A program made the position numbers and the translations under genes. A DNA stretch of 64,000 nt from Catajapyx aquilonaris (Eukaryota), in NCBI GenBank assembly GCA_000934665.2, contig JYFJ02001708.1:1-64000 (forward strand). Reading direction: 5' to 3'. The notes under the pieces are model-generated. The model was given only the letters and a program-made list of their open reading frames with translations, was not told the DNA's origin and made no database searches. Every line of letters starts with the position of its first letter. Position 1 is the first letter of the stretch. Positions 14,471-27,706 of the stretch are shown piece by piece.

Positions 14471-14556
14471 CTATATACTAATCCCCTTATTCTGTCTGTC
14501 CGCTTATTTGTCCGTGTTGACTCGGTTGCCAAAATTTGGCAACGAGTCCGCTACTG
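14471..14556 (+). mobile_element. Internally deleted (about 86 bp) copy of the Helitron family
   Basis: 5' end tactaatccccttattctgtctgtccgcttat matches the start of 19598-19956. It is joined almost directly to the 3' hairpin GTTGCCAAAATTTGGCAAC-gagtccgctact. Confidence 0.75.
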
Positions 14557-17500
14557 TATATAGTCAGAGCCTACAATACTTTAAAGCTGATAGCAGAAAT
14601 TCAGATCTATGTTTAAATATTTTTTGCAAACAAATTTGTTTTACTATACATCGACGTATAGCTCAATATTTTCAGTGACGGTTATTATAAGTGACAGCTT
14701 TCATCAACTGCTAAAAATTTGCAGGACAGACTGCTAATTAGGGTAATGGTTTGACGGCACAATTTTACAGTGGTTATGGCTTGTCAAAATATTCTAATTA
14801 CTTTTCCCCTCATTTCAATGCCCATCAAAATAATTTCTATTAGCACAATAATCCGGCCCATTTCTGCTGCCCTACAGTATTCGCTATTGGCTATTTCAGC
14901 CAAATCCTCAGTAAATCGGAAAACAGTTTGTTGTATAGGGTTTTTAAAAAAATGTGTTAACAGCCAACCACAAATCCTGGTTTTTGCACGTCTGGCAACA
15001 AAGGGGGTTTTTGTGGTCCAGTGCTCGGCCACATATTGTCAATAAATCTGTTTTCTATCACAGCATATCCCACGAAAACTGCAATAAATGCTTAATGATA
15101 ATTGATTTTGATTTTGTCATCAGTTCGTCAAAAAAAATGCTGCAAAGCTCTCACTTGTACCCCCGTTTAGTCCAATTACACGAATTGTTCATGGATGACC
15201 GGACCATTATAATTTCCACAAGTGTCCTTGCGCATATTACGAGTATAATCACTGATGGAATTTGACTAAATCAGCAAGAATTGAATAAAACCAGCAGCAA
15301 TGCATGGATAGAATAAAATAAACGAAAATTAATAAAAATTAGCAATATTTAAAAAATATGAAATTAGGGAAAAATTAGGGAAAAATTAATTCCCGAAATA
15401 AATGTAATGAAAATAATGAAACACATCGTACATTGATGAAAAAATTTCAATATCTTCAAGCTACCATTGCTGTTATGAGCTTCAAGTGTATTCTCGGTCA
15501 ATGCTCGTATGATAATGCAACTACAGGATGAGTCATAACTGCAGGTGAACCACCAGTTGTCCCAAAACAAACGCGCTGTTAAACTCTGGTTAGCAGTCAA
15601 GTGAAAGTAACCGACATTCCAATTCAATGCTACACACTGGTGTGGTAAGTCTCTGAAGCTGAACCATCATTTTCAAGCCCCCTCTGGAGTTTCTGTTAGG
15701 GGGGCAATGAGGAGCCAGGCCGCAGCCCAGCCCCGCCCTTCCCCGCCATCTTTCCCTCCATGGAAAAGGCTCCTTGTTTGGCCTAGCGACCCTTCAAGGC
15801 CCTTAATGGAGGCAGTATTTAACTCGGAATCGCTCTGTAAACGTCAATGGAGAAAGACGGAGTCTGCTTGCCGGGCGGTTTCATGTGAAGCTTTGCTGGT
15901 CGGAGGGTGGAGGAGGAGAGAATCAAGAAGGAGGAGTAAAAAAAAAAGATGGTAGAAAAAATGGATGGGAGAGAAAAAAAAGGGGGGGTTTGGTAGGAGG
16001 CGAGGTTCATCATGGGAAGTGGAGTTCCATTCCAGGTCCTCTTACTACACCAGAATGTGCCTGCCAATGGGAAAGACTTTTGACCTTCGAAGGAACCCTC
16101 TGCAACGACTCTCACCGTCGACTAGAATCTGGGTCACTCACTCCAGATAGTTATCTCGAGAGTCGTTCAAGTGTCAGGTGTGACAAACACATCACTCGCC
16201 TCCAGGTGTAACGTGGGGAAAAAATCGTGTATCACAACAATACGAGCAGTTGTCCAATTTTGCATGATTAAAATTAGTGCACTGTACACACCCACACAGT
16301 GCGTATAATAATAATCAATGTATGTAATATGCGAGGGCCCCTCAGGCCCAATGGAAATCCGTGGACCATGTCCAATTAGGCAAAGTGGCACCAGATTGAT
16401 CCAATATATGGAAGTGTACCGCGATATGATGATTATATCCATCGCGGATGATAAAAAGCGGAAGTGTCGTCAACATCTAATATTACGGGACATGCAGTTA
16501 TAATACACTCCACAAATGAGGTTCGATGTATGGATCAACGTCCTCTACCATGGCAACCCCATTTAATCACGACTGCCGATTGTGTTCGTCACTTGCAGAG
16601 GAAGAATCTGATCCAGGGAACTATAATTTTGTTTTTCCTCCATTCTTCATCTCGATTTTCGTCCCCCCCTCTCCCCCAACCCAAACGAATCAATATTCAT
16701 GATGTGAAGAGCGAGAGAGGAGCATATGATTAGTCTCGAAAACGAAATTGACGGATAACCGCTATTCATATACCGAGATTTTGAGAAATGAGAAAATGGG
16801 AGATAATTTATGCCAACTTTGAAGGAAGGAAGATAATGGATTTTTTTTTTATTCGCCAAGATGGGGGCGGGCAAGCCTTCCTCCCTATCCCCCGCCTTTC
16901 CCCCAAGTGGTTCAAGTGAATTAGTTCATACATTTTCTAAAGAGACAGTCCCCAGAAACTTTTCATCAAATTTTATCTCCAGCCAGCAGTCTCAAAAAAA
17001 TGAATGAAAAAAGCCCACGTGACGCGATGCGAATCTCGCCACTCTTTTTTTCTTCAAAGAGTTGAAACCTGATCAGCAAACAGCCATTTAAGAAACAAGC
17101 GATAACGTCAAGCGAACCTCACAACAATTGCGATCATTTAAGATGCTAAAGAGAGATCTTTTACATACAAGACACCGAGCTCGCTATCTGCATTTTTAAC
17201 TCAACACTTTTCATCGAGCCGTCTGCTGGATATTTTTTTTTGTTGGGTTGAAAGGTCAAAAATGTTTGAAGCATGCATATGGATCAAATGACTACAATGC
17301 GACTTTTTTGCTACCAGCATCAAACCCCCTGGGTTGATAACAAAAAAGGCGCGTGTGATAAGAGGTCTTGTAACAAAAAAAAGTAGAGACGACCCTCCCA
17401 TGCCATACAACACTCTTCATTTTCTCCTAACTGGCTCCCTTTATCGAGCCAAAGGTTGACAAGTGGTGGAGCTTCAAAAATTCCACGGTGGCATCTACTA

Positions 17501-19597
17501 CCATGCCAGGATGTGTACGAAGAAGAAGAACAGAAAAAATGGGATCGTGAGAAATGCTGCGGCAGAGCACAGGCCGTGAAAATCGTGACGGGTTGAAATA
17601 TAATTTTTGCTGTCATTCATAAGACCCGTGCTGGAACTGCCATGCGAATGAAAAATTTGCCAGGAAAAATATATGTGCCGAATGTACAGATTCGCAAAAG
17701 TTGTGCGGTGAGGTTAATTGTTTTGGTGAGGACTATTCAGGAAGGAATGTTATGAGCTCTCTTACAGTGCAGTGGAGCTGTACAGTGGCAGCCTACTCCA
17801 TACCACCCCACACTAATTAAAGCACCTTTTCACCCAGCTCCTTAATTACAATCCGTAAAATTGAAAACAAGCTCACAGAGAGACAGAGCAGTGCAAAAAA
17901 TATAGTAACATGCAAAACGTATATGCAGTGCTCAGACTATATGCAAAAAAAACAGTCAACAGCATTATTCGGTCTGCGGATTAAATTAGAGCCGGAAAAA
18001 TTATATGAAAGAAAAATTATGCGGAGTAATGCCCGGTAATTAAGAATCCTCAGTTGGTTAGTCTGGTAATCTATCTGGCACATTTCCAGCTTTGCCTTTC
18101 AAAAAAGGAGAATTGCAAGTCCCCAATGTGCCACTTCAATCCCGAGCCGTCGGAAAAGCCAACAGAAATTCTACCCCCCAGCAATTACCAAAATTATTCA
18201 TAATGTAAGTTAATTAAAGCGGCATACACCTAAGCATGGGTTACACCAACATATTTAACCGTCAGTTAAGAGCCAACCAGGCAGTGTCAAAAATTCATGC
18301 AAAAAATCTTGGGAGAAAAAATTATGCGTATGTTCTTCTTTCGAGCTTCCACGAATCGTCTTGAGCCAGTCTTCCAAAACAATGCGAACAATTCCGAGGC
18401 TGAGCAACACGGAAAAGGAGGGAAGAATATTCTGGAGTTGTTGGTGCTTTTTTTTTTTTTTGGCTGCAGAAAGATGCGAGGGTGGTCCTTTCACAAAAGC
18501 ATTTTTGGAGGCGTCGCATCCTCCCAGTTGGCGGAATGAGCTCCAGGGAGATAAGCTTACATTAGATGAAATATTCAGGCGTGGATCAACGCCTGAAAAC
18601 GTGGACCTCTCCTATACAGAAAAAAAATTGGCGCTAAACTATTTTAATTAAGGGAGCAAATGCATATCGCCGCGGCAAAGCCACAATAACGTTCATAGGC
18701 TACTGAGTCCAACACTCGCTCCTTTTGGAGCCTTGGTCTGATGTGTCGAGTGTTTTGTGGAGTGTAAATTTGCAGGACACACACAGTCTGATTGATAAAT
18801 CCAACCACCTTTTTTCTGAGGCTTAATATTACAGGTACCTTGGGTGTGTGAGAAGAGATCTAACAGGACCGATCCTGTCAAAATTAATGAAAACGTCATC
18901 CCTGCTGCTTCCGCAGACCTCGCCTAACTCGGGCCCAACTTTATAATGAGGTGTGAGCAAGTGCAAACCTTTCGTCGTCCGGAAAGTCAACGCTTCTCAT
19001 CTGAATCGGCGAACCAACCGGATCAACGTTATATTATACGGGTTTTGGGACACACCAAACAGACTTTGGATAAAAAATATTTCAAAATGAAACAGATATT
19101 TGGTTTCTTTTCTTCATATCGGCTGGAAATTCCTCCACGCAACAGAGCACAACTCGTATACTATATTTTTTCTCTCTCCGATTCCCAGGGTTTCCGATGT
19201 AGCATTTCTTCCGGATAAGATTCGGAAACATACTTTTTCTTCCCCCATGTTTCCGGAGCAATATAAACACTCTACTCTTAAACCCTTGTGCAAGCAGGCA
19301 GTCAATATTACGGGCAAACATTTCCCGTGCTGTTTCTACGCATACCCGATTCCGACAGTTGTTTTAGCTCGGATTTAGCGCTCCCAGCAAACTACTACAC
19401 TGACTGGCATTAAGGATCTGTCGTCGGTACAGTCCCAGCCAATGAACAAAAAAGTGTCAAAAACATGGGATCGGATTTGGGCCCGACGGGTGGTTCCCCG
19501 CATCAAGAGAACCCACGGGTTTAGTTTTTTGAACAACAACAATCAGGGCCACTATGAAAATATTGATATTCATGCTACTGTACACATATTGACATAA

Positions 19598-19956
19598 TCA
19601 TACTACTAATCCCCATATTCTCTCCGTCTGCTTATATGTACGCAGTATGTACTGCACGTGTCATCGCCTATAGGTAGTAGTTACCATAGTTTTCACCGTC
19701 CCCGTTCAACAATTAGAGGACATTTGGCGGTCAGAGAGGACCCACTTCAACGGAGGCGAGACACGTGCTCCCTGGTGGGCTTTGTCCGCTCGGTGACTCA
19801 TCACCAACGTGCATGTAGTACTACTTTCCCCCTGAGAGTGGCAGTAGGTAGTGTGCAGAGAGGGAGCTTATAAACCAACTGCTAGTGGCATATCGTACTA
19901 CGTCCAAGTGTGGGCCAGGCAGTGTTGCCAAAATTTGGCAACGGGTCCGCTACTAG
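19598..19956 (+). mobile_element. Non-autonomous Helitron (359 bp)
   Basis: Begins A|TC and ends CTAG|T. Perfect subterminal palindrome GTTGCCAAA-A-TTTGGCAAC lies 10 nt before the CTAG. No TIR or TSD. Related copies occur elsewhere in the window. Confidence 0.8.
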
Positions 19957-22900
19957 TAAGTACTAATTTAAAATAATGATCGCTTATTCTACATATCATC
20001 AGTGTTGCTTTAAACGGATTTCTTCCGGTTCGCATGAATAATCCAACATTTCCTCGGTACTTTCAGCCAGCTCATCACCCTGTACTGTAGGCCTACAAAG
20101 CGCAGCCCCCAGCAGCTTTGATTATAATGGACGCCGAGCATGGAAGGCAAAGGCCTGCCCCGGTTCTCCTGACAGCGCCCAGTAAAACCAGGTCCATAAA
20201 GTGAGCAATGAGCATCAAATAAGCTCCCTTATACATCTTACTACGTTAGATAGGGATAATGCGCCTCGTAACAGCCCTCTAAACATGGGACCCCGAAGCT
20301 CGTGCCAATGTCAGAAGAGGTGGAAAAATTATACTTAGCAGTATATCAATTTAAAGCTGTGCGGTTGCAGAAAATTGGCGGAGAGGTTGTTAGCACGTAG
20401 TTTGTTGGGACGTATTTTTACAACAGGGAAATGATGCATTATGTCCGCATAATTGGGATTTGTGGAGCATTTGTATCAGAATTTGTATTGCAGATAGTTG
20501 AGTATATACGTACAGAGAGCTTGCTGGGTTCTTTTAATCTCACTGGCCACAGCTGGTGAGCTGGGTGCACCAAGTGTCCGAGATTATTAAAACACATATT
20601 TTTTTACCTACCAGTTAGTCGATTTTCACTGTTGCGTAACATGCTTACAGTTCTCCAGCAGCATTACACTGAGTGTTCCAATAAAACTGTCCGTTAAAAT
20701 TTCGTATAAATTAATACAGAGTTGAAGCACTTTTTTTCTGATCATTACGAGCAATGGAGATAACCCTTTTTGCTGTTCGTCCATTCAAATCGATTCAAAT
20801 ACTAAATGAAACGATAAGAGTGCACTGTACCCAACAATCCGATTACCAGTGAAAGTCCTATGCACACGTTCGTTTTTCAGTAGTTTTCTTTCATTAAAAA
20901 AATATCTGCACCAAGAGTGCACTGTGCACAATACCCGCAATGCAGCATTGCACTCTTGTAAACATAACGTTGGTTTTGTGATGCAATTAAATGTCCGTTA
21001 AACTATTCAACAACTGAACTCACTGCGCACAAACCCTATTTTTCGTGCGGAACATCATCCGGTTTATGAACTCGGCTGAAAAATGAGCACAACTGGAGGA
21101 CAATACAAAAGGAAGCGTCGTGTACACCACAACAAAAGAGGAAACGTTACCTAATGGGTCCTCCCGAAAAATGAGCTGTCCTGAGGCCAGGGGCAACCAA
21201 GCGGACACCAAAAGAGTGATCCATTTCCTCCAGTCCTTGCATCCCAAATTCATCCTCGACAGGAAAATAAGTGTTCACATAGTCGCACTTTTTTTTATAG
21301 CCTCCTCAGTTGTTCACTCACTCACACACATACACTTGGTATTATGAAGTACTGCAGGGGATTTATGGGCTCTTCTCCAGCACCAGAGGAAAGAGAATTT
21401 AAAAAAACAAAAAGTTTGCTGAATTCGAGAGCAACGTCATTAATACGGGAGCTCATCCGGAGTCAGATATTACAGTACAACTGTCCCGGCACAACAATGG
21501 ACGCCAGCCACAAATTAGTTGGCGTTGAAAACCGCGTTTTCCACAGATATGTCTACCGGGATGTAATGAACCTTATCGATTTTTTTTTCCACGGTAACAA
21601 CACCGGAACCTCGATAATGTCAGTTGCCTCACTTGATATGAACGGAACGCATCATGCTTGAAAAATATTGGAGCCGATTTTTTTGTTTTTTTTTGCAAAC
21701 ACGACATGTCCACATTGCGACCCCCTTTCATGTGACAATAAATATGTGCAATGACGAACAATGGTGTATGACACCAGCCATGGACAAACCCGAGAATTAA
21801 TTTGGCGGTTAAAGTTGAAGAATCGGCAACATGTTAAGGTTGAAATGTCGAGGGCTGTCACGGCTTCTCGACAGCGAAAGTGAAACAAAAGCCCCCCGTC
21901 ACAGTAAACGTCAAGGCGTGACAATTCGGTAATAATTCGCGATATGCTTTAAAACATTGTAAGGTCACAAAGTCAGCAAATTCTGCAGAGTAATTGATTT
22001 TAAGCCCAGTTCCAAGGATGTTTACCGCGGTCTGGTCTTCCGAGAAAAGACTTGAATCAATCACTCGGCTCAAGAACAATTAATTGAAGAGGTTAAATGG
22101 GGTCCATGCAAGTTTTGCTCCGCCCCCAACAATTCCAGCCTTGAATTTGTTTAAAAAAAATATATCATGGGGCCAATTACAAGCCGAACGTATTGACGAC
22201 TCGCATGTACGTATTGGCGTGCATGTTGGGTTACCTCCTCCTCTTAAGTAGCGCACAGTTGCACAAAACTTTTCCAATATCATGCTTGAATTGTCCTCAG
22301 CCCACAAAAGGCCATCAAGCGGCCTGCTCTTGGTCGGGTTGGCTAATCTGTCCTTCCCATTTGGTGCAGCCAACTCACCCGTATTTTTTTTTTGGCTAAA
22401 AAAAATTTTTGTTGCCGAAAGTACCTACCGATACATGGCCTGACAAAATTTCCGCACGACACCTCTTTATCACGCACCCGTGAACACTGTTTCGCATCCG
22501 AATAAAGTGTATCACGGAGGACTTGACAAAGTGTATTCGACAGGGGATGGTAAACTCTTCACACGCTTTTGCGCACTTGGTTTGACATGTACACACGAGC
22601 AAATTTGTATTTTTTTTTTACTGTATACATTTTTATAGACGGATTAAATTTAAAAACCGTGCAAACCTTATCGTGCACGTCCTACATTTTACGAGGTGCA
22701 CGCACGTTACAGTATAACGCCCGTTAAATTGTTTCTAACGAATCGACTCCCACTTGCAAGTAGGCTGATTGATTGTGCGGGATCGGTACAGGGTGTTTGT
22801 TCAGCCAGAAAACGCCCATTGCAAATTACCTCAAACTACTGCTACTTATTATAGGACTTTTCAGTTTGAATATTGTGTGCTAAATGTTGGCATATTACCA

Positions 22901-24302
22901 TGAGAATGGTTTAACTTGCGATGCAACAGATGAGTGGTCCTCTTGCATGGAAATATTCAAATCTCCGGGAACAGCCCAGGCCTCTCCATATCCATTCACT
23001 TTTACAGTGTGTCCGAAAATTTTATATTCAATCTGGCCCCACCTAACCGGAGATTCAACCCTTCAGGCGGCCACTTTTCGGCGGGCTTCATATAAAAAAC
23101 TGTTTCAATATCACGTTAACCTCTCGGTGTGTCAAGGTGCATTGAAGTTTTTCTTCAAGACTGTTTGCTGAAACCTCATGTTTTTCAAAGACTAGGAAAA
23201 AAAATATAATCATCCAACAATCCATAATTCAAGTTCAGCCGATGTAATTCAGCCCCCCTTTCCCTGTTGCACAATTCATCTTCAGCTCACTGCATTGGCC
23301 TTGAATTTTATCTCCCGAATACTAGGTCAAACACTGACGTAAGTCAAAGGGAGGTATATAGCCATTCAGGTAGGTACTCCTGTTTGCTGAGTGATCCATG
23401 AATACACAAGAGGCATTTTCATTAGTGTTACATCAGTGTACCGTGTATGTATTAGAAATTTACAAGTTTATGTCACAGTGGCATAATTTCATCAAAAAAT
23501 ACACTGTGAACTGAAGTGGTCGGATATTTGACCAAAAAAACGTACGAGATTCACTAAATATTTGTCAAAAAAATTAAGGGATTAGATTTTTTATAAAGGT
23601 TGTCACACATGTAATATTCACCTTATTACTGACTACCAATCACAATTTTCGCACAATTGCACAGAGGGGGAGGGTTTCGGTTAGATTATGAAAATTTATC
23701 TGTAAATAGATCAAGGTTTCGCCTCAAATAACAGTTGGAGCTGCCAACAACATTTCCGCGCAAAACTCAATTCTATTCGTGGGTTATGGTTAGGTTAGGA
23801 TACTCGAATTCAGGTTCGTAACACGGTTAGGTTTTCCCAAGTGTACGTCACCAACAAATCATCCTGGATGTCAAGCTGATAAACGGAATTTTGCCACTCC
23901 ACGATATAATCCCACATAATGCAGAACGATCAGGAAAGTTTGAAACATGGCTACTAACATCCTACATGCAGATGTGACATTTTTTTTCTGTGTAATGATT
24001 GCAGATTGGACGTTTTCACTCTGATGCAAAAATTTTCACACACTTTCACAAACACCCAACACCATCCCGCACCTTACTTTGCTATCCGATAAAAAAAATC
24101 ACACTCCTTTTTTCAAGCAGCACGTGGAGGCTGCATACCTTCCAAGGATAAGTAGAAGAGAAACCCGACTCGTTAAGCCTCCGAAAGAGGTGAAGGCCCG
24201 GCGCAAAATGAATCCCGGATGAAAAAGTGGGTGCTTGCGGAGGCATCCAGCCCCAAGTGAGGACTGGCGTGGCAAAGAGAACTGTGCCTGACTCTATACC
24301 AA

Positions 24303-24359
24303 CCCCAGCCAGCCAGCCAGCCAAGCCCAACCCAGCCCAGCCCAGCCCAGCCCCAGCCC
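24303..24359. repeat. (CCAG)n/(CCCAG)n microsatellite
   Basis: Direct reading: cccagccagccagccagccaagcccaacccagcccagcccagcccagccccagccc. Confidence 0.9.
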
Positions 24360-27055
24360 GACTTCCAACGATTGCATCCCCCCATGGCGGCCTCTGGCGA
24401 GTTGCAGCCGGCTTGTGCTCACGTCCAACATACCACCACCCACCCCACCAAAAAAAAAATTAAAACAAAAAAAAATAAATGTCTCCAGGCCATATTTAAC
24501 TCTCTATCCGCCAAAAAAAGTGGATTGCAAAAAAAAATTATTATCTGGCTTTTTCTCAGCGACTTGAATCATATTTTTCGGAGGATTATTTTTTGTTTGG
24601 TTTTGTTTTCAGGGTTATTGTGTAGTGGTCATAATAATCGCGGAGGATGCGGTACAACGTTTGGGGGGATCCGTTGCCAGGGATCTGGGTCTGTAGCCAG
24701 GGGAACCCCTATACGCTCGATAGACTTTTAAAGCAAATATTGCTGTAGCGTTCATTGAGTGAATCATTACTAACCCTCTTATGACCTAGAAAGAATTTTT
24801 TTATTGGGCAGAAAAATTAGATGATCGATCTGATCATTAATATTGCAACGAAGCAGAGGCGATGGAAGTGTCGTAGGCTGTACCTGCCACGTTGCTGACA
24901 CTTATACGTACATAAGTTCGGTCCAGATCTGCATAATTACATAATATCCGGGGAATGTATGGCGGATCATGCATGTTGGAACAGAGAGTTCGTTCTTCTT
25001 AGCTGAGGTATTACGCGCAATTTCATTACGCCATTACATGAAACCCCCCCTCTCTTTTTCTCTTTTTTTTCAAAAAGGTTGGAGAGAGGAAAAAGGAGAT
25101 CGATATCGCTTTTTTGCTCTCAACGCTTTCATATAATTGGGTCAGGCATGTTTATTACTCCCTATGAAAGTAACCCGCAGCATCCGGGTGTAAAAGGTTC
25201 ATGCGTTAACACTCATACAGTTTACGCCCATTTGTTAAATGTTTACACCTACACATTTCTTCAACTAAAAAATAAGCTTGAAACCCTTTCATAGCTCGTA
25301 TATTTTATGCCTGAAAACTACTTTAATTCTGTTTATTAATTCACTGGTGCTGATACATGACGCGTGAATTTCAGCACTTGTTAACACCCCAGGCCGATGG
25401 GTTTAATTTTTTCGCGTAATTGCAGAGCCGACTTGCCATAAAACGCAACAACTCCGAATCCATCACATACTTAAAGACTCAGCCATTACTTGGCCCCATC
25501 TCCCCCCAAAAAAACGAGACGTAAATTGCAATTAAAGCTTCCCATATAGCGTGCGGAACTAACGAGATGCCCCAAGAGAGTTAGTCATGTTGCAGGGCGC
25601 TTCATGGCACGCGAGAAATATATCGATCACTTTTTCTTTTTTTCCACCAGCTGTAAAACATCACGCCCCAAACATAAATAAGGGCTTGCTAATAAAATAA
25701 GTACAGTACTCGAATTTTCGGATACATTTTTTTTTTAAACGAACTAATGCTGACAGAAAACGATTTGATATCTTCGCATATATCGATTTTCGATTTAAAT
25801 TGGAAATATTGCCTCGTCGATTTCCGATCAATTTTTTAATGAGGATATCATATGTCGATGTCATTTTTTATACATCGAGCATGATCATAAGCGCTCCAAG
25901 TACCTACTGAGGGGAAAGTTTGAATAAATTTTTTTTATTATTATAAAAGAACCATCGCTCCAACCGCCCTAGACTCCACAAAAAAAACACATCCAGCAGC
26001 AGCCCCGACGCGATTAATCTCTTTTATCATCCAGGGCCCTTCAGCAAGAATGGTCCTCATTCCCTTAACTTTTTAACGTACGTGGGCGCCTTGCACAGAA
26101 AATTCAGCCCCTCTCCGATTATCCCAGGCTATAATTTACATGCGGACGTGACTTGTTATCAGACCACTCCTCCCTCCCACACCATCATAATAATAACTTC
26201 GCCTCCAACAATCGCAACAATGCCGAATCCCCTGGACACCAACACCGTTTGCTCTCGTTTTATTTTCTCCATAGATTTTTTTTTTCCACGCCCAGCTCGG
26301 ACTTTTCCCTGGGATATTGACCAAAAGGGCGTTGGTTTGGGCGGTTGGGCGCTGGAAAGGACCTTAATCCACTTAGGAGGTGTTTGCTCAAAAACATTGC
26401 CCGTACTTATCGTAAGGAGTCACCGCAGGACTAGGGACTGGAGGATTAAACGGTGCCAATTGAAAGGGATCTTCTAACCGACGCGGGTTTAATTGGGGCT
26501 GCCCATCAACACTCGTTTGGGTTTTCTGCTGGGGGGAGACCCAGCGCGCATACACACGTACGAGGGTTAATTAAACCGAATTATTCATACTTCCTGAGTC
26601 ACTCCATCAAATTATGGCAGCCAAAGGAGGATTGTTATTGTTATTATAATAATTGCAATTAATCATCCACGATGAATCCGCTACAGTGTGACGTCACGGT
26701 TCCTTTTTTTCAAAAGCTACTTTTGACAAGGAATTGTGGCGGTACAAAATATGGAGCTGAAAATTCTGTTTACTTGCCGCGACTGATCTACAGTATTTAG
26801 GAGTGGTTGCTGGAGTAAACAGCTCAGAGTTTCTGCCCCTACGGTCATCCTCTTTCTGGTCTGCAGAGTACGGGCAGCACTGCATAATCCTCGTGATCAG
26901 CTTTAAGAGACCGCCTTTGTTGGACTTTACCCTACCTCCATACAGTGAAACAAACACGCCTGGTTTTCCTTACCCTTCCGGCACCGAGCCATCAACAGCT
27001 CCTCTTATACAGACGTCAACGAACCCAAACTGTAACAAGAACTTTCCTTACAATA

Positions 27056-27147
27056 CAGGATGCTCCAGAACTGTAGGGTTTCACCACGGATTAGTGTATA
27101 ACTTTTAAAGGAACATCTACTGCCCCATGGACGTTTGGATCACCCTG
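27056..27147. mobile_element. 92-bp mariner-like MITE remnant
   Basis: TA-CAGGATGCTCCAGAAC ... GTTTGGATCACCCTG-TA: imperfect TIRs with TA on both sides. Similar TACAGG(G/A)TG ends recur, e.g. near 10847, 41610 and 46955. Confidence 0.55.
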
Positions 27148-27633
27148 TAGGCCCATATAGGGCAATCTCTCCCTCATTTCTGATGAATCGATACACACGT
27201 ACACTCGAGCATTGGTTTACGACCACCCCAGAATATTAACCTGGCAATGCTTTGAACCCCCACTTCACCAGGCGTCATATTTCACCCATATTTTATCATC
27301 AGTCCATGCATCAGCCGTGTGTGCCCGTGTGTCTATAACTGTCACCGATGTGTGCACATGTGCAGCAAATCAACATGTGGCTTCGTTTTCCAAACGGAAG
27401 TCATGATCCCCCCCTGACACCATCTCCAATATTTACAACCCAGTTATTTGTCCAGTAAAGGACATTAAATGGAGCGCGCAAGTAGTCCGTAAAATGTTTT
27501 TAGTGTATGAACCGGATGATGGAAAAAGTACTCTCTTAGCACCCTTTTCGCTGATTAGTAAGTGGGTGAAAAAATAATCATATTCCAGTTATTAAGTGGG
27601 CGATTAATTGAAGGAAAAAAAATCACTTACAGA

Positions 27634-27706
27634 TTCGACGGACCGGGCGCGAACCTGCGACCTTGTGATTTGTGAGCGGTAGCGCTTCCAACTCAGCCAC
27701 CTGACC
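27634..27706 (-). pseudogene. tRNA-derived fragment (SINE head or tRNA pseudogene)
   Basis: Minus strand GGTCAGG-TGGCTGAGTTGG(A box)-AAGCGC...AAGGTCGCA-GGTTCGCGCCC(B box-like) with tRNA-like spacing. The acceptor and anticodon stems do not pair, so this is not a functional tRNA. Confidence 0.6.

Noticed and set aside
23783..23830. ggttaggttagg telomere-like motif
   Set aside because: Only 2-3 units; not an interstitial telomeric array.
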